The position numbers were made by a program, and so were the translations under genes. 64,000 nt of DNA from Thermoanaerobaculia bacterium (lineage in GTDB: Bacteria; Acidobacteriota; Thermoanaerobaculia; Multivoradales; UBA5704): contig DASUEN010000046.1 of the NCBI GenBank assembly GCA_036275055.1, positions 22,917-86,916 on the forward strand. Reading direction: 5' to 3'. Positions 39,251 to 47,851 of this stretch are shown piece by piece. The notes below the pieces were generated by a model. It saw only the letters and a program-made list of their open reading frames with translations, was not told where the DNA came from and made no database searches. Within the stretch, counting starts at the first letter, position 1. Each line of letters starts with the position of its first letter.

Positions 39251-41854
39251 CTACCGCGCCCCTGCGCCCGCGGCCTTCGCGAGCTGCGGGCGCACGGCGT
39301 CGAACCAGGGAAACGCGAACCAGCGGCGGTCGACGCCGCCGGCCAAGGCCTTTCTGGCATTCATGCGGGCGGAGGTCTCGTCGCCCACCAGGGCGTAGAC
39401 CAGAGATGCGGCATAGGCCACCTGGGGATCGCCGGCATCGTGGCGCTGGGCCTCTTGGATCGCCGCCACCGCCTCTTCGGAGCGGCCGAGGTGCGCCAGG
39501 GCCTGAGCGCGGGTGGTCAGCAAGGCATCGGGATCGGGATCGCGGGCGGCGTTTTCCAGCACTCGCGAGTAGAAAGCCGAAGCCCCTGGGCGATCGCCCC
39601 GCAGCAGCGCCGTATCGGCCAGGTTCAAGAGCGTCATCGGCGAGGAAGGAGCTTCTTTGAGGGCGCTGCGAAAGCTTTGGTCAGCCGCCTCGTAGCGATT
39701 GAGAAGCAGGTAGGCCATGCCGAGGTTGGTCAGCTCCGTTTCATCGGGAGCGCGCTTGACGAGCGTTTCGTAAAGCTCTGCGGCACGCTGCGGATTGCCG
39801 TTCAAGAGCTCCAGTTGGGCCAGGCGCGAAAGGGCATTGTACCGGTCCGGCGAACGCTCAAGGGCGATCTCCAGATAACGCCGGGCGCCGTTGACGTCGC
39901 CCGCTCGCAAGGCCATGTCGGACGCCTGTTGCAGCAGGAGCCAGGAGGGCTCGCGGCCGGCGGCGCGGCGGATCAGCGCCAGTCCCTCCTGGCTTTTACC
40001 CTGCTTTTCGAGCAGCGACGCCGCGAGCCCTTGGAAGCCCGGGTCGTCCGGCTGCACCCGCTGCGCACGAGCGAGAACGGCGGCGGCTTGCTGCAATCGT
40101 CCGCTGTTGAGCTCGACGAGGAAGGCGGCGCGCAGGGCACGCGGGTCATCGGGCGCCAGCTCCGTGGCGCGGGCGATGGCGGCGCGCGCGCGGCCGAGGG
40201 CAGCCTGGTCCCGATCGACCACGAACTGTTGCCGGGCGATGTTGGTTTCCAGGAGGTAGGCTTCGAGGAAGCGGGGCGAGGTGCGCTCGATCTGCGCCAA
40301 TTCGGTGAGGAACGCGGCGGGAGACGTTCCGCTGTCGCGGGTGCGGTAGCGGCGGCTCAGGTCGAGGAATTTTGCGTAGTCGGTCTCCGTCACCTGCAGG
40401 TCCGCAATCCCGGCGCGCAGCGCGAGATCAGGATAGGCGCCGCGCACCTGCTCCGCCACCGAGGCGCTCAAACGCAGGAGCTCGTGGACCGGCACGTCGA
40501 AGCGATGGACCCACGACAAGCTCCCGTCGGCGCGCAGGCGCCGTAGCTCGACCTGGCAGTCCTCGCCCGCACAGTCCAGGCGGGAGGTCACGACCTCATC
40601 GGTGGCGACGGCGCGCGCCAACTTCACCGGATCGTCGTCGGTTTCACCCGGCGGCGGCTCGCGCACCGCCAGGCCTTGAAAACCGAGGAGCGCCCGCAGG
40701 AGCCCGGTGTGCACGGCTCCCGCCGCGAGGTGCTGGTCCTCGGGAGCGGCGGTCGGAGGCACCGCAACGGACGTCGCCGGGGGAGGCGAGGCCAGCCAGC
40801 GCCAGGCGGTGAAGGCGAGCAGGGCTAGAGCGAGGAGCGCCGCCGCCGCGGCCAGCAGGCGGCGGCGCGGCCAGCCCAGGGCGCCCCGGCCGGAAACGGC
40901 AGCCGGCGCGCCGGGCGCCGTCGGATCGAGAGTGGGGACGGAGAGACCCGGCGGCGGCGTCAGCGCGGGCATCTCCGGGTGCGTCTCACCCGACCCCGCG
41001 AGCTCGGCGAGGAGGGCCATCACCTCCTCCGTCCGCTCCGGCCGCCTCGCTTTGTCTTTCTGCAACAGCCGGTCGACCAGATCGCTCAAAGGCGCGGGAG
41101 TCTCCGGGGCGAGGTGGATCACGGCCGGCGGCTTCTGAGTGCAGATGCGGGTCAGGGTCTCGATCGCGTTCTCCGATCGAAAGGGCAAGACTCCCGTGAG
41201 CATTTGATACAGCAAAATGCCGAGAGAAAAGAGATCGGAGCGGTGGTCGACCGGCTGGCCCAGGGCCTGCTCGGGGGACATGAAGTTGACCGTGCCCACG
41301 ATCTGGCCGGTGCCGGAGAGCGACGAGAGCACAGGGTCCGGCCCCGCGAAACGGCGGGCGAGGCCGAAATCGAGGATCTTGACCTCGCCGCCGGCCGTCA
41401 GCATGACGTTGTCGGCCTTGAGGTCGCGATGCACGATGCCGGCGCGATGGGCGGCGGCGAGACCGGCCGCGACGTCGCGGGCGATGCGCACCGCCTGGTC
41501 CGCCGGCAAGGGGCCGCCGGCGAGGAGCGCGGAGAGCGGCCGGCCCTCCACGAGCTCCATCACCAGCCAGTCGTCGCCCTCGGCTTCGACCCAGTCGTAG
41601 ACCTGCACCAGGTTGCCGTGGCTCAGGCGGGCGAGGGCGCGCGCCTCGCGCCGGAAGCGAGCGCGGCCGGCCTCGGGATCGCGAGCGTCCGGCTTGATGC
41701 GCTTCAGGGCCACTGGCCGGTCGAGCCGGTCGTCGTACCCCTGATAGACCTCCCCCATGCCGCCGCGGCCGAGCAGACGCTCGACGCGATAGGGCCCCAG
41801 CATGGCCGGCGGCGACGAACGGTCCGAACGATTCGCAGCGGGCTCCAACGACAT
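39251..41854 (-). CDS. Ser/Thr protein kinase with one TM segment and a long TPR domain
   Basis: An 867-aa ORF. Kinase motifs are GRGGMGEVY, VALKRI, HRDLKADNVML, DFGLA and GTVNFMSPE. A TM helix (LLAAAAALLALALLAFTAW) is followed by about 400 aa of TPR-like repeats. Confidence 0.85.
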   Translation of the reverse strand: MSLEPAANRSDRSSPPAMLGPYRVERLLGRGGMGEVYQGYDDRLDRPVALKRIKPDARDPEAGRARFRREARALARLSHGNLVQVYDWVEAEGDDWLVMELVEGRPLSALLAGGPLPADQAVRIARDVAAGLAAAHRAGIVHRDLKADNVMLTAGGEVKILDFGLARRFAGPDPVLSSLSGTGQIVGTVNFMSPEQALGQPVDHRSDLFSLGILLYQMLTGVLPFRSENAIETLTRICTQKPPAVIHLAPETPAPLSDLVDRLLQKDKARRPERTEEVMALLAELAGSGETHPEMPALTPPPGLSVPTLDPTAPGAPAAVSGRGALGWPRRRLLAAAAALLALALLAFTAWRWLASPPPATSVAVPPTAAPEDQHLAAGAVHTGLLRALLGFQGLAVREPPPGETDDDPVKLARAVATDEVVTSRLDCAGEDCQVELRRLRADGSLSWVHRFDVPVHELLRLSASVAEQVRGAYPDLALRAGIADLQVTETDYAKFLDLSRRYRTRDSGTSPAAFLTELAQIERTSPRFLEAYLLETNIARQQFVVDRDQAALGRARAAIARATELAPDDPRALRAAFLVELNSGRLQQAAAVLARAQRVQPDDPGFQGLAASLLEKQGKSQEGLALIRRAAGREPSWLLLQQASDMALRAGDVNGARRYLEIALERSPDRYNALSRLAQLELLNGNPQRAAELYETLVKRAPDETELTNLGMAYLLLNRYEAADQSFRSALKEAPSSPMTLLNLADTALLRGDRPGASAFYSRVLENAARDPDPDALLTTRAQALAHLGRSEEAVAAIQEAQRHDAGDPQVAYAASLVYALVGDETSARMNARKALAGGVDRRWFAFPWFDAVRPQLAKAAGAGAR

Positions 41855-41892
41855 CGGCTCCTGATCTCCTGAAGCGCCTCATCGTACCACCG

Positions 41893-41945
41893 CGCGGGAT
41901 GCCGCGGGACCTGTCGCGACATCCCGCAAAGATGTCCCGACATCC
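41893..41945 (+). promoter_or_regulatory. Candidate upstream activator sites: two SCGACATCC motifs 21 bp apart plus an inverted repeat
   Basis: GCGACATCC lies at 41916-41924 and CCGACATCC at 41937-41945, with GACATC cores at 41918 and 41939. The inverted pair GCGGGATG (41893-41900) and CATCCCGC (41920-41927) overlaps them. Confidence 0.4.
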
Positions 41946-41990
41946 TCGGCTCACCCCTTTCCTCCTCGCCTCTCGGGGGCCGCCGTGCCG

Positions 41991-42005
41991 TGGCACAGCC
42001 GTTGC
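41991..42005 (+). promoter_or_regulatory. Sigma54 (-24/-12) promoter
   Basis: TGGCAC-agccg-TTGC lies at 41991-42005, an exact consensus core. It is 44 nt upstream of the ATG at 42049. Confidence 0.75.
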
Positions 42006-42048
42006 TCTCTGCCGCCACCACAACCTGTTGTTTCATGGAGGGATGACG

Positions 42049-43851
42049 ATGAAAAAGAACTATCGTAGGTTCAGCTTGTCAAAGCTCTTCACCACCCTGG
42101 CCGTGACGCTTGCTTTGATCGGCCTGTGCCTGGTGGAGCCGCCGGTTTCGGCTCGTGCGGGGATGGTGCGCTCCACCCGTGCAGGGAACCAGTCCTTTCC
42201 TGCGATCGGCCCGGCTTTGGCGGTTCTGCCCCCGGACCTTCCGGCGGCGCCGGCTGCCACCACCCTGACCCAAGCCGCGACCTTCGCCTGGAAAGAATTC
42301 ATCGCCCTCAACTGGCCGGCCCAAACCGGGAAACGCGACACTGCGGATACCACCAAGATGTTCGGCGACCAGAGCGTTCCCCTCGTCTGGCAGACCTTCC
42401 GCGCCAAGGTGGAGATCTACCCGGGAAACGGCAATGAGAAGATAGGCCCCCACGGCTCGAACAAAGGGCCGAGCCAGGACTACGGTTACGACGATCCGCC
42501 GGAATACATTTATTCGAAAGACAGCGTGATCAACGGCTCGGACGTGCTCCCTTGCAGCGGGCAGGCTGCGCCCAACCAACCGGCATGGATCAATCTCGAC
42601 GAGGTGAGCCAGATCGGCTCGGACTCGATGTACGCAGGCTTCGGCCAGGATCCGGCCCCGACACCCACCAACAGCAAGCCCAACCTGTTCCGCTACATGG
42701 CGAAGGCCAACCGGACGGAGTACACGTACGTGGTGAGTAACCAGTACTGGTATACGCAAGGAACGGATCCCTCGGTTTCCAGTCCGCTCCAAACCGCGCA
42801 AAACAACTTCGTCAAGAACGTCGTCAACAAGAGACGGATTCCGCCCCTGGGCGCCTCGACAGTATTTTTTCCGGCCTCCTCGGCTCAAGATCCCGGGACG
42901 ATCGAAGTGAAGGCGGCCTGGCGCCCTTTGGGACCCTCCGAGCCCGCTGGGCGGTATCATGTGGCGAACGTGCGCTACTACGAGCGCGACCTGACTCAGA
43001 AGTTCTGTTACCGCGAGGACCAATGGGCTCTGCTGGCGCTCCACATCATACGCAAGACGCCCAAGGCACCGAGCTTCATCTATGCCACCTTCGAGCAGGC
43101 GGACAACATCCGGGACGGCAACGGTGCCCCAATCGAAAACCCGGATGGCAGCGTCATCCATCCGCCTCCTCCCAGCCCGCCCACCAACCCCGCATTGACT
43201 TACACGGATCATCCGAAGCACGCGACCCTCACGGCGGCGAGCACCACCTGTACGCCTGGAGGGCAGCTTTATTATCAGAACATCCACGAGAGCAACGCCA
43301 CGAAAACGCCCGTCAATCCGGGGCTGCCTTCAGGCACGATCTGTGTCAATTACCGGGACAATGCGATTCCCTCCGACGTCATCGCGGTCAACAAAGCCGC
43401 GCAAGTGGCGATCAACCGATACAACCACAGCGCGCCCTGGCAATACTACAAGCTGGTCAACGTGCAGTGGCAGCCCATTCCCTATCGGGAGATCAACTAT
43501 CTTGACCCCAACGCCCCCTACAACGCTGCAACCTACCACCAGGCGAACGTCGTGGTCGAGACCGACTACCCCTTGCAGATGTTCAACGGCCGATTCCCCG
43601 CGTACGGCGTGAACACCAATTACAAAACGAACGGCAAGCTGTATTTCCAGAACGTTTACACGCTCCACGGCACCAAGGTCAAGTCTTTCGACATGGGTGG
43701 CTGCATGGGGTGCCATGGCAGCGGCGCACAGCGGTTCGGCGCTGACTTCAGCTTCATCCTGGGCAGCCCCGTCACGGCGCCGGAAACCCCCGACGACTAC
43801 TCTCTGGCGGCGATCGCTCAGAAATACAAGGCCCTTTTCGAGCGGCACTAA
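42049..43851 (+). CDS. Secreted ~600-aa protein with a single C-terminal CxxCH haem-c motif (hypothetical); sigma54-promoter target
   Basis: I trimmed track ORF 41899..43851 to the ATG at 42049 (GGAGGG 6 nt upstream). The signal peptide is MKKNYRRFSLSKLFTTLAVTLALIGLCLVEPPVSARA. GGCMGCHGSGAQRFGADFSFIL lies near the C-terminus. Confidence 0.75.
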   Translation: MKKNYRRFSLSKLFTTLAVTLALIGLCLVEPPVSARAGMVRSTRAGNQSFPAIGPALAVLPPDLPAAPAATTLTQAATFAWKEFIALNWPAQTGKRDTADTTKMFGDQSVPLVWQTFRAKVEIYPGNGNEKIGPHGSNKGPSQDYGYDDPPEYIYSKDSVINGSDVLPCSGQAAPNQPAWINLDEVSQIGSDSMYAGFGQDPAPTPTNSKPNLFRYMAKANRTEYTYVVSNQYWYTQGTDPSVSSPLQTAQNNFVKNVVNKRRIPPLGASTVFFPASSAQDPGTIEVKAAWRPLGPSEPAGRYHVANVRYYERDLTQKFCYREDQWALLALHIIRKTPKAPSFIYATFEQADNIRDGNGAPIENPDGSVIHPPPPSPPTNPALTYTDHPKHATLTAASTTCTPGGQLYYQNIHESNATKTPVNPGLPSGTICVNYRDNAIPSDVIAVNKAAQVAINRYNHSAPWQYYKLVNVQWQPIPYREINYLDPNAPYNAATYHQANVVVETDYPLQMFNGRFPAYGVNTNYKTNGKLYFQNVYTLHGTKVKSFDMGGCMGCHGSGAQRFGADFSFILGSPVTAPETPDDYSLAAIAQKYKALFERH

Positions 43852-43888
43852 CCGGGCGCGGCTTCGCTCGCCCGAGGAGCCGAAGCTC

Positions 43889-45460
43889 TCACTGAGCGTT
43901 AGCCCGGTCTGCCCCGGCGAACCTCAACTTCGGGTCGTGCTGAGCCCGGTACAAGTAGCTCACCATTCGCCGCGTCAACTCCACGGTGGCGGCGACCTTC
44001 TCCGCGGCTTCGTAGAACAGCCGCAAAGCGGCTAGGGCTTCGCGCTCGATGCCTTCGGCTTTGAAGATCCATTTGAGCCGGGAGGCCGCCATCCAGACCT
44101 CCCGGCTGCGCCCCTCCTCCAGGTAAAGGGTGGCAAGCTCCAGCGTCGCCAGGGCGGCATCGAAAGGAATCTCTCGGGTGTTGAAGCTCTCGCAGACCTC
44201 TTCCAGAGCTTTGATGGCCTCAGCCCTTCTTCCCAGCCCAGCGGCCAGCCAACCCTCCAGCCAGCGGGTCCGAACCAAATCCAGTTCTTGGCCAAGTCGG
44301 TTTGCCAGTACCCGCACCGCCCGTAGGGGCTCCTCGGCTTCCGCAAAGCTTCCAAGATGCAGTAAGTTACCAAGGAGATTGAACCGCAGGCCGAACAACA
44401 ACCGAGGTTCTTGATTGCCATCAATCAGTGGCTCTGCTTGACGGAGGGCAGTGATCGCGCCGTGATAGTCGCCGAGCATCTCAAGCGCCCGCGCGCGGTT
44501 GACCAGAAGGTATTTCGCCTCATCGTGGCGGTCGACCTCCAGGGCCTCAGCGAGCAGGGCCAAGGCCTGGGCAGGCTGCCGCTGCTCCATGCGCAAAGTA
44601 GCCTCTAGACCTAGAACGCGTGCTTCATTGAACAGCCCCGGATCAGCAGGTGCTCCAGCCTTCCAAAGAGGTAATGCATTTCGGAAGGCTTCCTCGGCAT
44701 CCTGTAAATAGCCATGTACCCGCCTTGCGTTCCCAAGATGGACGCCGGCATAGCCCTGAGTTCGTTGAGAGAGGCTTCCGAGAACTCGGTTGGCGATCTC
44801 GACGGCCAATTCGGCAAGCTCCAGCGCTCGTTCCGCACTGTTGGAAGCCGCCGTAACGGATTCGGCACAGGCCAGTTCGCAGACAGCCCAGGACCAGTAC
44901 TCAGGTGCCTCTTCAAGTAGTAGCGCGCGTTCCGGCGCCGAGGTGTCCCGAAGTACGGCCCACAGCCCGGGAGCTTCCAAGCGATCCGCAGGTGACGGCG
45001 GGCGGTCCAACCGCCAAGGGCCGCCAACGCCATGCAAGACCTCTTCGACGACCGCCGCCACAGTCGGGCGAACGATCGCTGAAAGCAAAGCCATCAGCTC
45101 ACCCGGCAAGTCTTTCACCTCGGAGGAGACGTTACCCGTCATTCCCGGAGCCGTTCCACTCAGGACGGCCAGCACCTTACGGATCGCCGGCCGCAGGACC
45201 GCGTCAACGGTAGTGGATGGCACGCCAACCGCGGCGCAGATCTTCGCCCAATTCTCCGGACTGGGAGCCCTCTTCCCATTCTCGAAACGGCTGATCGAGC
45301 TTTCCGGAACGCCCGACCTGGCAGCCAACTCGGCCTGACTCCAGCGCCGAATGCCACGCAGGCACCAGATCAGCCAAGCCGTTTCGGCCAGGACTGGAGG
45401 TGACGTTCTCGGCTCCGGGGGCAAGATAGCTTGCCGTCTCGGGTGTGATTTTCCACTCAT
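43889..45460 (-). CDS. XRE-type HTH plus TPR regulator, paralog 1
   Basis: The HTH reads LRGIRRWSQAELAARSGVPESSISRFENGKRAPS. It is followed by about 380 aa of TPR-like repeats. By eye it is roughly two-thirds identical to 45953..47446 across the TPR region. Confidence 0.8.
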   Translation of the reverse strand: MSGKSHPRRQAILPPEPRTSPPVLAETAWLIWCLRGIRRWSQAELAARSGVPESSISRFENGKRAPSPENWAKICAAVGVPSTTVDAVLRPAIRKVLAVLSGTAPGMTGNVSSEVKDLPGELMALLSAIVRPTVAAVVEEVLHGVGGPWRLDRPPSPADRLEAPGLWAVLRDTSAPERALLLEEAPEYWSWAVCELACAESVTAASNSAERALELAELAVEIANRVLGSLSQRTQGYAGVHLGNARRVHGYLQDAEEAFRNALPLWKAGAPADPGLFNEARVLGLEATLRMEQRQPAQALALLAEALEVDRHDEAKYLLVNRARALEMLGDYHGAITALRQAEPLIDGNQEPRLLFGLRFNLLGNLLHLGSFAEAEEPLRAVRVLANRLGQELDLVRTRWLEGWLAAGLGRRAEAIKALEEVCESFNTREIPFDAALATLELATLYLEEGRSREVWMAASRLKWIFKAEGIEREALAALRLFYEAAEKVAATVELTRRMVSYLYRAQHDPKLRFAGADRANAQ

Positions 45461-45541
45461 AGCACACCATACTCCTGGGAGACCGGCGCCCGCCCAGCCA
45501 TGCCGGCCGCGGCGGAGCCGCCCTCAAGAAAGGAGATCTCG

Positions 45542-45880
45542 ATGCTAGGTCGCACTCTCCGCCTCGTCGTCGCAGTCGCACTCTGTCTCGTGCTCGCTGC
45601 CTCGCTGCCGCTGGCCGGCGCGCAGCGGCCCGGAATCTCAGCTCGGCCTGTTGCAACCCCAAAGGCAGCCCAGGCAGGCTTCTGGGAATTCGTCAAGGGG
45701 GCTGCCTACAGTCTCTTGAACGGATGCAGCCTCGATCCGTACGGAGCCTGCCTGGGGGCCACGCTACCCCAGCCAAACAACGGATGTAGCATAGATCCCT
45801 ACGGTCGCTGCTTGCCTGGAGCTCAGCTAGACAACGGTTGCAGGATTGATCCGTACGGGCTCTGCATGCCGGGGAGTTGA
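45542..45880 (+). CDS. Small secreted protein with three NGC-x-(I/L)DPYG-x-C repeats
   Basis: The ATG at 45542 follows AAAGGAGA. The signal is MLGRTLRLVVAVALCLVLAASLPLAGA. Repeats are NGCSLDPYGACLG, NGCSIDPYGRCLPG and NGCRIDPYGLCMPG. I trimmed track ORF 45500..45880. Confidence 0.6.
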   Translation: MLGRTLRLVVAVALCLVLAASLPLAGAQRPGISARPVATPKAAQAGFWEFVKGAAYSLLNGCSLDPYGACLGATLPQPNNGCSIDPYGRCLPGAQLDNGCRIDPYGLCMPGS

Positions 45881-45903
45881 CTGCTTCCGCCCGGCGGAGC
45901 ACT

Positions 45904-45940
45904 GCCGGGCCGGTGCCATCCGGCCTGGCGGTTTTCTTCT
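45904..45940 (+). terminator. Intrinsic terminator after the repeat-peptide gene
   Basis: GCCGGGCCGG tgccat CCGGCCTGGC forms a 10-bp stem with one G-U pair. It is followed by GGTTTTCTTCT. Confidence 0.6.
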
Positions 45941-45952
45941 CCAAGCGGCGGT

Positions 45953-47446
45953 TCATGCAATGGCTTCAAACCGGAGGTCCGGGTTTCCTTGTGCTCGATA
46001 GAGATAGGAGCCAATCCTCTGTGCCAGGTCCAAGGTGAGAGCCTCTTGCTCGGCAGCGTCGTAGTAGAGCCGGAGGGCCGCCAGGGCAGCGGGAGGGACC
46101 GCTTCGGTCTTGAAGATCCATGCCAGGCCAAGGGCTAACCGCCTGACAGCCGTGATGCGCCCCTCCTGGAGATATATAGTTGTAAGCTGCAACGTCGCCA
46201 TGGCGGCATCGAAGGGAATTTGCCGCGTTGAAAAATCCCGGCTCACCTGCTCCAAGGCGGCGACCGCTTCTTCTCTCCGTCCCAACCCGGAAGCTACCCA
46301 CCCCTCAAGCCATCGGGTCCGAACCAAATCGAGAGCCTGCCCCAAGCGCTCTGCCAGAGGCCGGAGCTTACGCAGCCCCTCCTCAGCTTCGGCGTAGAGC
46401 CCAAGGTAACAGGTCGCGCCGAGAAGATTGAACCTCAGACTAAACAACAAGCGGGGTTCCTGTCTTCCGTCGACCAGCGGTTCCGCCTGGCGGAGCGCGG
46501 CAGTCGCTCCGTTATAGTCCCCGAGTTGCTCAAGCGCTCGCGCCCGGTTGACCAGAAGATACTTTCTCTCACCCTGGCGGTCCACGGCCAAGGCCTCGTC
46601 GAGTAAGGCCAAGGCTTCCGCGGGCCGCCGCTGGCCGATTCGCAGGGAGGCCTCCAGACCAAGAACCCTGGCCTCGTTGAGCAACCCCGGATCGGCGGGC
46701 GCTCCGGCCTTCCAGAGGGGGAGGGCGCGTGCAAAGGCTTCGTCGGCGTCTCGGAGCTTTCCATGTACGCGCCTGGCGTTCCCGAGGTGGACGCCCGCGT
46801 AACCCTCGACACGTTTGCGCATGAGCGGCTCGCCCGTCATCTGCTGTGCAATCTCCACCGCCAACTCGGCAAACTCCAAAGCCCTATCTGCATTGTCGGG
46901 TGCCGCCTTGAGCGACTCGGCGCAAGCGAGCTCGGAGACCGCCCAAGACCGGTACTCCTGGGTCTTCCGAATCAGCGTCCGCCGCTCGGAAGGAGTCCGG
47001 CGCAGCAGCCGCGCTAGCGAGCCCTGAGCGACCTGCCGGTCCGCCAGGGCTCGCACTTCCCAGGACAGGTGGGTCGCCAACAACCGGCCGACTTGGGAGG
47101 TCGCGTCGGCGATGCTTTGCCCGAGCCTGTCGATCGTCTGAAGCTCGGCGCCAGCCTCTCGGGTCTCCGCCGTCGGGTAGACCGGGGACGCGGCTTTGGC
47201 TCGAACCCGGTCGATGAAGGCAAGCGCATCGTCGATGGCCGTACGCTGGAAGCCCATGACGGCGACGATCGTCTCCAAGCGCTCCCGGGTTAAAGACTTC
47301 TTCCCTCGCTCATAGTCCGAGATCAGGCTGGCCGAGACCCCCAGCGCCTCAGCCAACTCGCCCTCACTCCACCCGATGGCTTTCCGCAGGTACGTGAGCG
47401 TAAGCCCCAACGGCGGCAGAATTTTCGGCACCGACCCCTCCTCCAC
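45953..47446 (-). CDS. XRE-type HTH plus TPR regulator, paralog 2
   Basis: GTG start. The HTH reads LRKAIGWSEGELAEALGVSASLISDYERGKKSLT. The TPR region is colinear with paralog 1 (for example YAGVHLGNARRVHG, LPLWKAGAPADPGL, KYLLVNRARALE, DLVRTRWLEGW). Confidence 0.8.
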   Translation of the reverse strand: MEEGSVPKILPPLGLTLTYLRKAIGWSEGELAEALGVSASLISDYERGKKSLTRERLETIVAVMGFQRTAIDDALAFIDRVRAKAASPVYPTAETREAGAELQTIDRLGQSIADATSQVGRLLATHLSWEVRALADRQVAQGSLARLLRRTPSERRTLIRKTQEYRSWAVSELACAESLKAAPDNADRALEFAELAVEIAQQMTGEPLMRKRVEGYAGVHLGNARRVHGKLRDADEAFARALPLWKAGAPADPGLLNEARVLGLEASLRIGQRRPAEALALLDEALAVDRQGERKYLLVNRARALEQLGDYNGATAALRQAEPLVDGRQEPRLLFSLRFNLLGATCYLGLYAEAEEGLRKLRPLAERLGQALDLVRTRWLEGWVASGLGRREEAVAALEQVSRDFSTRQIPFDAAMATLQLTTIYLQEGRITAVRRLALGLAWIFKTEAVPPAALAALRLYYDAAEQEALTLDLAQRIGSYLYRAQGNPDLRFEAIA

Positions 47447-47851
47447 ATGCGCAGACCCCTACTTATAGTAGGTTGCCGCTAGGCGGCTTTTCGTGACAAG
47501 CCGAAACCAGAAGCGGCGGCCGCGGTGTGAAATTCTCGTCGCCGGGAATTAAGATTGCCGAAACCTCGCCGAGAAAAACACCTGGCTTTGCGCGTTGGAA
47601 GACCTCCTTTACGGTCGCGGCATGGGAGGAATTTGGAAAGCAACGAAGGCGCGCGAACGACCTCCCTCCATCCCAGCGGCGGCGCATCGCAGCGGGGACA
47701 GTCCGGGACGGCCGCTTAGCTTTCAGGGCAGCCGGCCCGGCCCTTTTCTCTTGCAGGGAGGTGGGAGACATCCCATGACCGAGGGGGAAGCCGTAGGATT
47801 TCAGCAGCGGGCCCCGGCGCTCGCCGCCTACAGGCCGCCGGGGGAGAAGTC

